From Rebecca billardiae RCC1528 (taxonomy: Eukaryota > Protista > Haptophyta): a stretch of 37,632 nucleotides of DNA. This document shows positions 24,274 through 35,211 of this stretch, in pieces. The position numbers and the translations under genes were made by a program. How positions within the stretch are numbered: position 1 is the first letter of the stretch; every line of letters starts with the position of its first letter. The DNA is taken from the NCBI GenBank assembly GCA_965240325.2, contig CBDEKP020000005.1:1-37632 (forward strand), written 5' to 3'. The notes under the pieces were generated by a model. The model did not search any database and had not been told where the DNA came from. It saw nothing but the letters and a program-made list of their open reading frames with translations.

Positions 24274-26449
24274 TGACCGCGTTCCGCGGTCCTTCCGTAG
24301 AACCAACGCAGTTAGGGGCCCGCGGTGCACCCTCCGTCGGCTGCTGTCTCAGTCGGACATGTGTAACAGTTCGTTTGCCTCGGAGCTGCCACCGCCACAA
24401 CTCAGTTACCGCCCACCGGGCCGGCGGGCCGAGGACTGTCGCCGGCGGGCCGCCGCGCGGGGAAGCGGCCGCCGCGGGGCGGCGCGCGCGCGCAGGCAGG
24501 GCGATAGGCGCCGCGCGGCGCGGGCCAGCGCGTGCGCGCGTGCGGGCGCACAGTCTGCTTGACGTGCTCGCGCGGCGCCATGCGCTCGACGACGGGCCGC
24601 TGGTCGCTCACTCAGCCGGCGCACCTCGTGCCGGCAGACGGAGCGAGAGCGCGCGCCGCGCAGTGCTGCCCCGGCCTGCGCTGCCGGCAGCCGCGCACCG
24701 AGACCGAGCGGAGCTCGGGGTGGAACGAGGCGAGCGGCGCGTCGCGCCTGCCGCCGCGCGTGCGCGCCTGCTCCACCGCGCCGCCGTGCTCGCCCGCCGC
24801 CTCCTCCGCCGCGTCGGCCTCGAAGACGGCTGCGGCGGCCCGAGCCAGCGGCACGGGCTGAGCCCGTGCGCGCTGGCGCCCGGCGGCGATCGCCTCGACG
24901 GCCGTCTACTCCACAGCTGGCTGCTCGAGCTGCTGCACGGGGCGTCGCGACGAGGGCGCCACGCGCGCCCAGCGCGTCCGTCTCCGCGTCGCGCAGCGCG
25001 TCGAGCTCGGCGCCGCGCTTCGCCAGCTCGGCGCCCAGCGCCTCCGCACTCGCAGTTGGCATGCGCGAGCGTGCTCAAGCTGCTCGCGTGTGCCGCGTGT
25101 GCACTGGGCGCGGCGGCGGGTGCGCTGTGCGCCGCCGACACGTCCGCAGCGCGCGCCGCGCTCGGCGCCGCGCTCGGCGCGCTGCACGCCGCGGGCGCGG
25201 GCGGGCGCGCGGCGGCGTGGGCACGAGGGCTGTCCGTGCTGTGCGCGGAGCTCGGCGCCGCCGGCGCGGGCGCGTGCCACGCGGCGCTGCTCGAGCTGCC
25301 GGCGGGTGCGCAGCTGCGCGCGCTCGGCGGGCTGCTCGGCACCGCGCTGAGCGCCGCGCGCCCGCCCGCCGGCGCCACGCCGGCCGGCGCGCCCTGGCGC
25401 CGTCGCGCTGTTCCGCGAGCACCTGCGCGGCGCCGCGCTGGCGGAGGCGCTGGCGCACGGCGGCGGCGCGGACGACGAGGAGGATGAGGAGACGATGAAG
25501 ATGAGCAGGGCGAGGGCGGCGGACCGTGGGCCGGCACGCCACACGTCTACCGATGATGCTCGGGCGCCGAACGAAGGCCAGCGCCAGAGCGCATATGCCT
25601 GCGGGTTGAAGGCCAAAGCTCCTTTCGCCCGCTCGAAAGTGAAGGTTGTCTCGTTTGCTGTGTGCTGATTGGTGGTCGTCTTTCTATGGGTCGTAACCAA
25701 GCCGCTGCGTTTTTGTCAATAGCAAAGTTGGCATGGGCGAAGAGCAAACATCATAGTAAATGCGTGAGTGATTCTCGGTTTTCGAGTCTCTCCGCTCGCT
25801 GCGCGCTGATTGGACATTGGTCGTTGTGCAGCTAACCCAAGGTTTTTAGTACACAGGTTGGTAGGAGTTGTGTTGTGTCGATATGGAATTGTGGACATAG
25901 AATGCTGAGCGTTTGACCAATCAACGTCTCGGAAAAAAGGACGAAACATGACTCAGACGTGTGAGTACTCTCGATCTCCGGGAGATATGGCCATTTCCGC
26001 CCACTGGGGTCATTCAGGTGTAAAGTTGAGTAATTTGGCAGCGCGCAATAAAGGTTCGTCGTTAGTAAAGTTGAGTACTTGACGAAGACTTTTTGCCAGG
26101 AGCCCAGGACCTCCAGCGCACGCGCTGGGTCCTCGTCCTATTTGGCAATATGCTATGAATATTTACAACAAATCGCAGATTCGTTCACCCAGATATACTG
26201 ACAAATGCACGTCCGTCCATCGACATATGCGAAATGGCCCGGGCGCGGCTATTTCGTCAATCGCGTCTTGCTAATGCAGAGCAATGGGCGAATGTACCCC
26301 TCGAAAAAGCGAAAACTCACCCTCCAACAGCCCTCAAAATCGTCCCCCGTCCGCCCCTTTTCTTTGATCAAAAGATCTGCTTTTTGACAACGTAGTGAGG
26401 GCCCCCGGCGGGGCTCCACGCTACGCGCTCCGCCCTGCACCGCGGGCCA
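24274..26449 (-). mobile_element. Helentron/HINE-like non-autonomous element, copy 3 (2.2 kb)
   Basis: Same ends as copy 2 (TGACCGCGTTCCGCGGTCC...GGCCCGCGGTGCA and ...TGCACCGCGGGCCA). AT-rich flanks. Extra cargo at about 25050-26200. Confidence 0.8.
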
Positions 26450-27819
26450 TAATTACTATATAACTGAACAGTACTACTAGTTACGGCATACGCGGGCTAG
26501 CGCCGAGTACTGCCGGCCGGTTCAGAGGGGTCAGGGCCCCACTGTGGGGTGTGTCCGTGTGTGGCCCAAAATCCAACTTTCTGTCGTCTTGAGATGAGGC
26601 TGCTCTCATCAAACTTCGGAATATGTACTGTCGTCGTCAATCATTCGCCTGAAATGACCTGGGGAGTCACAGTGATAAGTTTCGTGCGAAAAATGTCATC
26701 ACATACTGGAGATATACGACCTCAATCTCGACGCGATCTCGGCAACATTATAGTAGGGGAGATACACGATCTCCAAGGCGATCTCGCTATTTGCATCACC
26801 AGAATCGCACCAGCTAGATCACATTTTGGCACTCTGAAATTGGCACAGGCAGCGGATCGGTTAGTGTGACCATGACATGATGGGCAGTCCGGTCACTGTC
26901 CGCGGGACATCCAGCAGGGGTGCATTCATCTACTCGATCTTTGGGGGGGGTCTGGGGGGCTCCCCCCAGCCGATCGAAGGACCAAATACGCCTCAATATA
27001 GGGGCCCAACTCGTCGCCAGATTTGCATCACAGACTGCGGCTGAGCCTGACGAGGGCCTGAGCCGTGCAGCGGCGTCGATTGACAGCGTCAGCTCTGCGC
27101 CGCCTCGCGACGACCATGCGACGCCTCGCACGCAGCCCTGATCTCGGCGTCTCCCTTGCGAGTCAAGCCGTAGCGCAGTGCAGGATCAAGCGACGCATCG
27201 ACCGCTGCGGCGGCCGCCGCTGGCCTCCGACCTCGGCGGCGCTCGCGCGGACCTCTCTGAGCCGGCCAGCTGTGGCTGTCCTCTGAGGAGCTGCAGCCAA
27301 GCACGAGCTCGTGCGCATGCCCGCGCCACTACGAGCTGACGGCGCGGCCCGGAGCGCAAGCAGCTCGACGCCGACAAGCTTCTGCACCCGCCCGCGCCGC
27401 CGCGAGCTCAAGGCGCGCGGCCTGGCGGAGTGAGCTCGACGCGGACAGCGCGCAGCTCGCTCGAGTTGACGAGCAGCTTCTCGCTCATCGATAACTCCAA
27501 GTGCACGAACGTGCACCCGGGGCGCGAGCGCGACAAGGTGCCGCCGCCCACCAGCGGGTGCGCCCTGATCAAGGGCCTCCAGACGTCTCGCCTCCTCGCC
27601 CGCCGCGGCTAACTCCATCGTGCGGGAGACCGGTCCGGGAGCGTCAAAAAAAAAGTTCAGCACGATGGAGTCCTCCGTGTTCGACCAATCCTTTGGTTCG
27701 ACTGTGACGACGCGTTCAAGGACAAGGAAACATGCAGCATCATACGAAAGCGTCTGCGGCTGCTTCGGTTTTGAATAACCTGCGGCTTCGTCCGGCGCCG
27801 CCCCGGAGATCTGTATATA

Positions 27820-28572
27820 TTTAACGACGTGGCAGCATCGGACAAGCGTCAGGCTCAGAGTGCAACAGGTCTACACATAGAATGCGTCCGCGCCTTCCGT
27901 CCAGGTCAGACAGTGCGCCACCCCCAGCCCTGCCCCCCTACGGGAGCGGGGCCGGGAGTGGAGCACCGCCTCGGCCTGGGGCACGCGGCGGCGACGGCAG
28001 ATGCCGCCGCGGCCGAGCGCCTTCCGGAGCACTTGGATGAGGGTGAGGTCGTAGTCGATGTCGCCGCCCGCCGACCTAGCGGCGAGCAGCTCCGGCAAGC
28101 GGCAGCCGCGGCTGTCGCCCCCGTGCGCCCGCGTGGGCGCCTGGATGAGGATGAGGTCGTAGTACGCGTCGCCGCGCGCCGGCCAAGCGGCGCGCAGCTG
28201 CAGAAGAGGGGCTTGGAGAGTGAGCGCGCCGCCTAGCGCGCTCTGGGCGATGAAGCAGATGAGGTGGTAGTCGATGTCGCAGCCCAGCCCGCCGGCGGGC
28301 TGCTGCAGATGCAGTGCTTGATGCTGCGGGGAACCTGGCCCCTGGGCGCGTCACACCCCGCACCCCCTGCCCCACCTAGGGTGGAGCGAAGGGCACGGAG
28401 GAGGCCAGCGCCAAGGGCCAGATGGGTGCAGCGGCGTCCACCTGCTGCATCGCCCCCCGAGGCGATGCAGCCGGCGGCCGGCTGGAGAAAGAGGGTGCCA
28501 GTGCCTATCCGGTATCCCGGACCCGCTGCGTGTGGTTGATCTCCGCGTCACGTGCCAGCGCAGAGCAGTCGA
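27820..28572 (-). mobile_element. Longer copy of the TTTAACGACGTGG repeat, bounded by short TA runs; right boundary tentative
   Basis: The first ~110 bp match 15626-15732. TATATAT lies to the left and ATATATATATAT begins at 28573. The interior is a decayed minus-strand reading frame with three repeats. Confidence 0.5.
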
Positions 28573-28699
28573 ATATATATATATGATCGGCTACGCCGAT
28601 CTTCGGGTAGTAAACAACGAAGTTGAGGGCGCACGGCCCTGGTACAGTTGTGAGTCTAGTAGTTGTCGCGTTCTTCACCGCCGAATCACGATGCGCGCG

Positions 28700-30500
28700 C
28701 CCCGGGCGCGTCGCCGTGCAGGAGGCGCGGGCGCGAGTAATCGACGCGATCGACGGCCTCGGGGGGCTGCGCCGTGTCGCGGCTCTTCATTCAGTCTTCA
28801 CGCAGCCGGCGTGCCCCTCGAGCGCGCGCACGCACTCTGACTCGGCGGTGTCCCACGCCCACAGCCGCACGACCGCGTCGCTGTCGTCGCCCGCGCTCGC
28901 CGCGACGCGCCCGTCGGCCGAGAGTGCGACCGCCTCCACCCAGCCGGCGTGCGCTAGCAGCACAGCCTCGCACGGCCCGCGCGCGGCGAGCAGGGGCGCT
29001 CGCGCGCAGTGCTCGCGCCCGCGCGCCCAGCTGGCGCGGGCGGCCGGGTGCGCGGCACGCGGCGCGCGCCGCGCCCACGCGGACTCGTGCGGCGCCGAGC
29101 CAACCGGCTGCTCGAGGCACAGCGCGAGGCAGCGGCCCGGCGCCGTGGCGGCGGCGGAGGCGCTCAGCCGCGCAAGCTGCAGCCAGTCCGCGACGCGCGC
29201 GCGCAGCGCCGCAGCCTCCGCGCGCGCGGCCGCGCCCGGCTCGCCGCCGCCGCCGCCGCGCGCGTCGGCGTCGGCGAGCGCCGCGGCCGTGTCCGCGAGG
29301 TCGCGCACGTACTCGGTCTCGAGGCCGTGCCGCGCGCGCGCCTCCCACCCGTCCGCGCCCGCGTCGGTGAGCTCGCGCGCCGCGTCGGCCGCGCGCCCGG
29401 CCGCGAGCAGCGCTTGCACTAGCTCCTCGCACCGGCGCACATTGAGCACGGCCGCGCCCGCGCGCCCAGCTGGCGCGGGCGGCCGGGTGCGCGGCGCGCG
29501 GCGCGCGCCGCGCCCACGCGGACTCGTGCGGCGCCGAGCCAACCGGCTGCTCGAGGCACAGCGCGAGGCAGCGGCCCGGCGCCGTGGCGGCGGCGGAGGC
29601 GCTCAGCCGCGCAAGCTGCAGCCAGTCCGCGACGCGCGCGCGCAGCGCCGCAGCCTCCGCGCGCGCGGCCGCGCCCGGCTCGCCGCCGCCGCCGCCGCGC
29701 GCGTCGGCGTTGGCGAGCGCCGCGGCCGTGTCCGCGAGGTCGCGCACGTACTCGGTCTCGAGGCCGTGCCGCGCGCGCGCCTCCCACCCGTCCGCGCCCG
29801 CGTCGGTGAGCTCGCGCGCCGCGTCGGCCGCGCGCCCGGCCGCGAGCAGCGCTTGCACTAGCTCCTCGCACCGGCGCACATTGAGCACGGCGGCGTCGCG
29901 GCCGGCGAAGGCCGAGGCGCGCGGCAGAGAGGAGCAGGGGCTGCGGCGCGACGCGCCGCCGCCCGTCCTCGCCGCCGGTGGCCTTCGGGTGGCGCAGCGG
30001 TTTGGCGGCCTCGCCCGCCCACGTGCCAGCCCAGAAATCCGCGAGCGCGTGCGCGTCGGCCGCGCGGGCGTATCGTGCCGCCGCCGCCTCGGCCACCTGA
30101 TGACGGTGGTACCAGCGCAAAGGGCCGTCGCCGCCGGCGAGCAGCGAGCCGAGCGCGTCGCGCACGGCGAGCCACACGGGCAGCCGCACCACCGCCGGCA
30201 CCCAGAACTCGAACACGGACGCCAGCACGTCCTCGTGCAGAGAGAGCGAGCCTCCTCCAGCTCGGCACTCGAGAGGCCGCGGCGCGACGCGCAGATGGCG
30301 CCGCAAGCGCGCCGCACGAGCATCGCGCCGTGCAGCCGCTCGACGCGCTCGAAGGTGGCGGCGACGGCGGCGCGCGCGTCGGCGGGCAGGTGCGCGGGCG
30401 GCGGCTCGCCCGAGCGCCACTCCGCCGCCGCGTCGGCGAGCAGCACGGCGTGCAGCGCGCTCGGCGCCTCTCCGAGTGCCGAGCGCACCGCCTCGACCAC
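28700..30500 (-). pseudogene. NACHT-WD40 (NWD/TEP1-like) pseudogene fragment
   Basis: Post-NACHT motifs FERVERLHGAMLVRRACGAICASRRGLSSAELEE, EDVLASVFEFWVPAVVRLP, RWYHRHQ, LADFWAGTWAG..KP, RVAPQPL and NVRRCEEL. WD40 motif AHAGWVEAVALSADGRVAASAGDD..VRLW...LEGHAG. Several frameshifts and no P-loop region. Confidence 0.85.
29014..29891. repeat. Near-identical 439-bp tandem duplication (29014-29452 and 29453-29891)
   Basis: TTGAGCACGG at 29442 and 29881 gives the 439-bp period. Only a few substitutions separate the units. Confidence 0.92.
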
Positions 30501-31616
30501 TCTTGTCCCTATCATAAAAGTGCGGCAGCTCAAAAAATGGCGTTTCGCTTCAAAGAATAATCAAAGATCCCGCGCAATGACATCTCGCGTGTATGAATCA
30601 AGGGTAATCAAGGGGCTTAAACCCGCCACTGAGAAGCTGACGGTTCATGACTTCATATGCCGGCATGATACTTTAATTCAAGCGACATAAAAGCCGACCC
30701 AACTTAATGGATTGCCACCCGCATTGACGTCGTATCAGTAGATGACCAAAAGTATATCAGCAAGTGTAGCTTGATAACCGTATGATACAAGGGCGCGCGG
30801 GAACGTCGATTCAAGCTACCCGCGCAATACCATATCGCGTCGCTTTGATGAATCTCAGGAGTGAACAGCTATCCAGAGAATTAGTTCGATGTCTCACCTT
30901 TCTATGGTCAGTTCAACACACGAATCTTGACTATCAGAAAGGTATCAGAGATGACTTCGTCCTATTTGATTCCGATTTCTTCTATTACTTACTATCCAAG
31001 GATTAAGGAGCAGTACAAACGCAATCATGAGCAGCGATATCGAGTCAAATGCGGATTTCACACCTAAATCCACCTACAAAAATCCCCCAAATCCTGCGCG
31101 CATCCTCTTTTTTGATTTTGCGGAGCACGTGCGCCGCCCCCCCCGGCTTTCGCTCACGCTCAGACCTTTCGGGGGGGCCCGTGCGCCATAATAAATTCGA
31201 TTGGTACCCTCATCGCCCTCTGGCTGCCAGGGGTTCCGTTGAATGCACCCCCCCCCCCCCCCCCCCCCATAGGGTCACTGGCTGTCCCTGACTGTGGCTG
31301 ATGCCTCTGGCGCGCGCAATGATATTGATACAGACATAGTGTCCCGGCACCGTGACTCGGTGACTGACTCGGACCGCGCGCGGGCCCGTCGTAGCCCGGC
31401 GGGGTGACGGCGCCGGCCGTGCCCACGCGCCAGGCCGAAGGACACGCGCGTATGCGCGTCTCGTGCTGCGGAGTGTGCGCTGTGCGGTCGTCGTTCATAG
31501 TTGCCGGCTTTTGCCACGACACGAGTCCCATTTCCAACTCCTCAAAGCCGAAAGTGGGTAGGCGGAGCTGCGGAAGCGGCTGGGCACGGCGCTGGAGTTG
31601 GTCGGAAAGCACCGGG

Positions 31617-32314
31617 TCATGATCGGGAGAGCACGCCCGCATTCGAGATGACCACTTGGCGCTTCGGCTGCCCTGAGCGCGAGCCCTCGCGCTCGATGGC
31701 ACGCACCACGTCCATGCCCTCTGCAACCGCACCGAAGACAACATGCTTCCCATCGAGCCACGGCGTGGGCACCGTCGTGATGAAGAACTGCGAGCCATTC
31801 GAGTCCGGGCCGGCGTTCGCCATAGAGAGGGTGCCGGGCCCAAGGTGCTTGAGGGCGAAGCTCTCGTCCGCTGCGGGTCGACGCGCGACACATGCACATG
31901 GGCGGGCGCACGCGCACGTGCTGGTGTGAGCACGCGGCAGCACATGCATGCAGCAGCACTTGTGGCACTGCTCGCACCAAACGTGCGGCCGTAGATGCTC
32001 TCGCCGCCACGCCCATCGCCGCGCGTGAAGTCACCGCCCTGAAGCATGAAGTTTGGAATGATTCGGTGGAACTTGGAGCCCTTGTACTCCAGGGCGCGAC
32101 CCTTCTTGCCGAGGCGGTCGCCTGCGCATAGGTGGAGGAAGTTCTTCACAGTCCGCGGTACTGTCGTGCCGTACAGGCCGATGACGATGCGGCCGGCCGG
32201 TTCGCCACCGATAGTCACATCGAAGTACACGCGGTCGGTCACCTCGGCCTGCGGATGCACGGGCAGCGCTGGCCAGAGGCCCAACAAGGCGACGAGCGCC
32301 GAGAGCGCCGCCAT
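31617..32314 (-). CDS. PPIB: Cyclophilin-type peptidyl-prolyl isomerase with signal peptide (cyclophilin B-like), 196 aa; exons 32314-31978 and 31870-31617
   Basis: [83 protein letters not shown] 107-nt GT-AG intron (31977-31871) restores RTFADESF. Confidence 0.96.
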
Positions 32315-32333
32315 CGTCGACAGGGAACCTACC

Positions 32334-32388
32334 TACTGTAATCTCGCCTGCCTGAGCTGTGTGCGTCTCTTATTCTTAGTAAACTGTA
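32334..32388 (-). promoter_or_regulatory. ~55-nt conserved upstream element, copy B; function unknown
   Basis: Matches 17401-17462. Lies 19 nt upstream of the cyclophilin ATG. Confidence 0.5.
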
Positions 32389-32440
32389 CAATACAGTAGT
32401 ACGTTCAGTAGACGAAACTTTCCTATGATGAATAGCAACT

Positions 32441-34685
32441 CAAGGGCGGTAAGGGCTGTCAACTCCCAGTGGCGCCGAGTGGCGGAGGTTGGGGGCCCCT
32501 CAACTCGTGCGGCCGCGCGGCGCAGCGGCGAAGTCTCCTGGGGCGCCGCCCTGGAGGGCGCGTGGGGTGCGCACGCCGCGTGCTCCTGCGCCCGCGGCAG
32601 CGGCCGCGGACACGGCGCGCGTGGTTGGTCGCATGCTAGACAGCATGTAGTACCCTCCCACGCCGCGCGCCGCGCTCGCCGGTGCCCTCGCCGTGCCTCA
32701 GGCCAGCCGCGCACGCGCGCCGCACCAATGGCCAGCCGTGGCCACGCGCCAGCCGCCGGCGCGCGCGCGGTGCGCGGTGCGGTCGGCGCGGGTCGGGCGC
32801 GCGCCCGGGGCGAGGCTCACGTGTGGTGGGCGCGCGCCATGTCGCCTCGCGCCGCCGCACACGAGCTTGATCACGTTCCACGCGGCTGCTGAAGGGTGCT
32901 CGTCGAGCATTCCTCGGCCATCAGAAATGAGCTTGGACAAGCGGCTGTGAGCGCATCAGTGCGAGGAACGCGAGCACTTGGGGGCTCGCGTGCCTTATTA
33001 GGAGGCTGGTCGTGCACATATCAGTGGTCTGCGCTTGTCTATCACGCGTCGCTGCCTTCCCATGATCGTCTCAACATGAGCATTTTCAAACATGGCAATG
33101 CACACTCGACAGCATGATAACGCGTGCGCGCCGACCCATGCGGGCGCCAGCGCGGCGGCGCGAGGCGGCATGGCGCGCGCCCACCACACGTGAGCCTCGC
33201 CCCGGGCGCGCGCCCGACCCGCGCCGACCGCACCGCGCACCGCGCGCGCGCCGGCGGCTGGCGCGTGGCCACGGCTGGCCATTGGTGCGGCGCGCGTGCG
33301 CGGCTGGCCTGAGGCACGGCGAGGGCACCGGCGAGCGCGGCGCGCGGCGTGGGAGGGTACTACATGCTGTCTAGCATGCGACCAACCACGCGCGCCGTGT
33401 CCGCGGCCGCTGCCGCGGGCGCAGGAGCCCGCGGCGTGCGCACCCCACGCGCCCTCCAGGGCGGCGCCCCAGGAGACTTCGCCGCTGCGCCGCGCGGCCG
33501 CACGAGTTGAGGGGCCCCCAACCCAAGGGAGTCAAGGGTGCCCGCGCCCCAGTGGCGCGCTCGGCGGATGTTGGGATACAGATTTTTGCCCGGCGCCCTG
33601 CGGCGGCGGCGGCGATGGCGTGCTCCGCTGGCGGGGCGAGCGCACGGGGCACGGCGCTGCGGGCGCGGATGTGCCCGCGAAGCCGGCGCGTGCGGACGGG
33701 CTGTTGCGGGAGAGTATCGGGCGCCCTCCTGCGACGCGCGACTTGCGCCACGCCTCTTTCGCCTCGGCTCAGAGCAGCGCGCACGCACGCGCCGCCTCAA
33801 GGCCAGCCTTGCCGCGCCGCAGCCGACCGCGCGCGCGCCGTGCGCGGCGTGGTCGGGAAGGAACGGGCGCTGCTGCCGGGCGAGATGGCGACGTCATGGG
33901 CGCACGCCATGCCGCCCCGCGGCGCCGCGAAAGAGCACGAGAACGGATCCGCACAGCTGTTGACGAGTGCTGATTTCTTGCCGTGCCTGAAGCCAGACCT
34001 GAGCTCGAAGAAGATGATGAAAGAGCATCAGCGCGAGGAAAGCGTCGCACCCAGCACTTCTACATGACCACGCGGTGATGAACATTCATGTAAGAGTAGC
34101 CCGCGTGCCCGTCTGGCACTGTTCTGTGTCTCAATGATCGTCCCGACAACGGTCACGACCGCGAGGCAGTGCACACCATTTGTGACAAGTCGAAAAGGCG
34201 TGCAAACGGACCGACGACACTCTCGTCAAGGCGTGGCGGGGCGGCATGGCGTGCGCCTATGACGTCGCCATCTCGCCCGGCAGCAGCGCCCGTTCCTTCC
34301 CGACCACGCCGCGCACGGCGCGCGCGCGGTCGGCTGCGGCGCGGCAATGCTGGCCTTGAGGCGGCGCGTGCGTGCGCGCTGCTCTGAGCCGAGGCGAAAG
34401 AGGCGTGGCGCAAGTCGCGCGGCGCAGGAGGGCGCCAGATGCTCTCCCGCAACAGCCCGTCCGCACGCGCCGGCTTCGCGGGCACATCCGCGCCCGCAGC
34501 GCCGTGCCCCGTGCGCTCGCCCCGCCAGCGGAGCACGCCATCGCCGCCGCCGCCGCAGGGCCGCGGGCAAAAAGGTGTATCCCAACATCCGCCGAGCGCG
34601 CCACTGGGGCGCGGGCACCCTTGACTCCCTTGCCCAACCTCCGCCACTCGGCGCCACTGGGAGTTGACAGCCCTTACCGCCCTTG
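32441..34685. mobile_element. Foldback TIR element (CAAGGG family, P-like), ~1.1 kb once the nested insert is removed
   Basis: Left arm 32441-32858 is inverted at 33152-33523 plus 34640-34685. Exact 7-bp TSD AGCAACT at 32434-32440 and 34686-34692. Confidence 0.92.
33524..34632. mobile_element. Nested foldback TIR element (CAAGGG family), 1109 bp
   Basis: Arms of ~397 bp at 33524-33920 and 34236-34632. Exact 7-bp TSD CCCAACC at 33517-33523 and 34633-34639. Confidence 0.92.
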
Positions 34686-34821
34686 AGCAACTGCTCCATC
34701 CCACCGGCCACCGCCCTCCAACCAAGGGAAAGCGCCGGATGAAACTCAACCGGCACCATCTGCCGCCCGGCCGGGGCAGCCCAGGCCTGAGCGTTGAGCA
34801 AGCAGCACGCATTCGACGAGG

Positions 34822-35211
34822 ATGGCATCGGCCGAGGCTCCAGCCCCCGCGGAGAGCTCGCCTTCCGCGTGCGACCTGCTCGGCACAGGGCACAACCGCA
34901 GGGAGAACCGTCAGCTCGAGCACGCCTGCAACCACGAGCACAGGCTCGCCGCGGGCCTGTCTGACGACTCGATGCAGGGTATGCACGTCGGCATGGGCAT
35001 GCTCGGCAGCCTGCTCTCGATCGTCGACGGCGGTGTCCAGGAGCAGATCGGAGCGGAGGAGTCGGACCCGACGTACCTCGGGGCGAGCAATCACGCCGAT
35101 CACACGGACCACCTGCACACGGCCGACCAGGGCCTGAAGGGCGCACGATTCGCCGCGGGCTTCATCGACTCGATGCCGGTGATGATCAACCGCTTCATGG
35201 GCAACGCGTGA
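34822..35211 (+). CDS. Hypothetical protein, 129 aa
   Basis: ATG-to-TGA ORF with strong GC3 bias and complex composition in its second half. No recognisable domain. Could be a gene fragment. Confidence 0.45.
   Translation: MASAEAPAPAESSPSACDLLGTGHNRRENRQLEHACNHEHRLAAGLSDDSMQGMHVGMGMLGSLLSIVDGGVQEQIGAEESDPTYLGASNHADHTDHLHTADQGLKGARFAAGFIDSMPVMINRFMGNA

Noticed and set aside
27280-27620. RELKARGL as a SAP-domain remnant
   Set aside because: Too short and broken by stops and frameshifts to support a call.
31160-32314. 384-aa cyclophilin ORF
   Set aside because: It reads through an intron into the wrong frame. The spliced product is 196 aa and ends at 31617.
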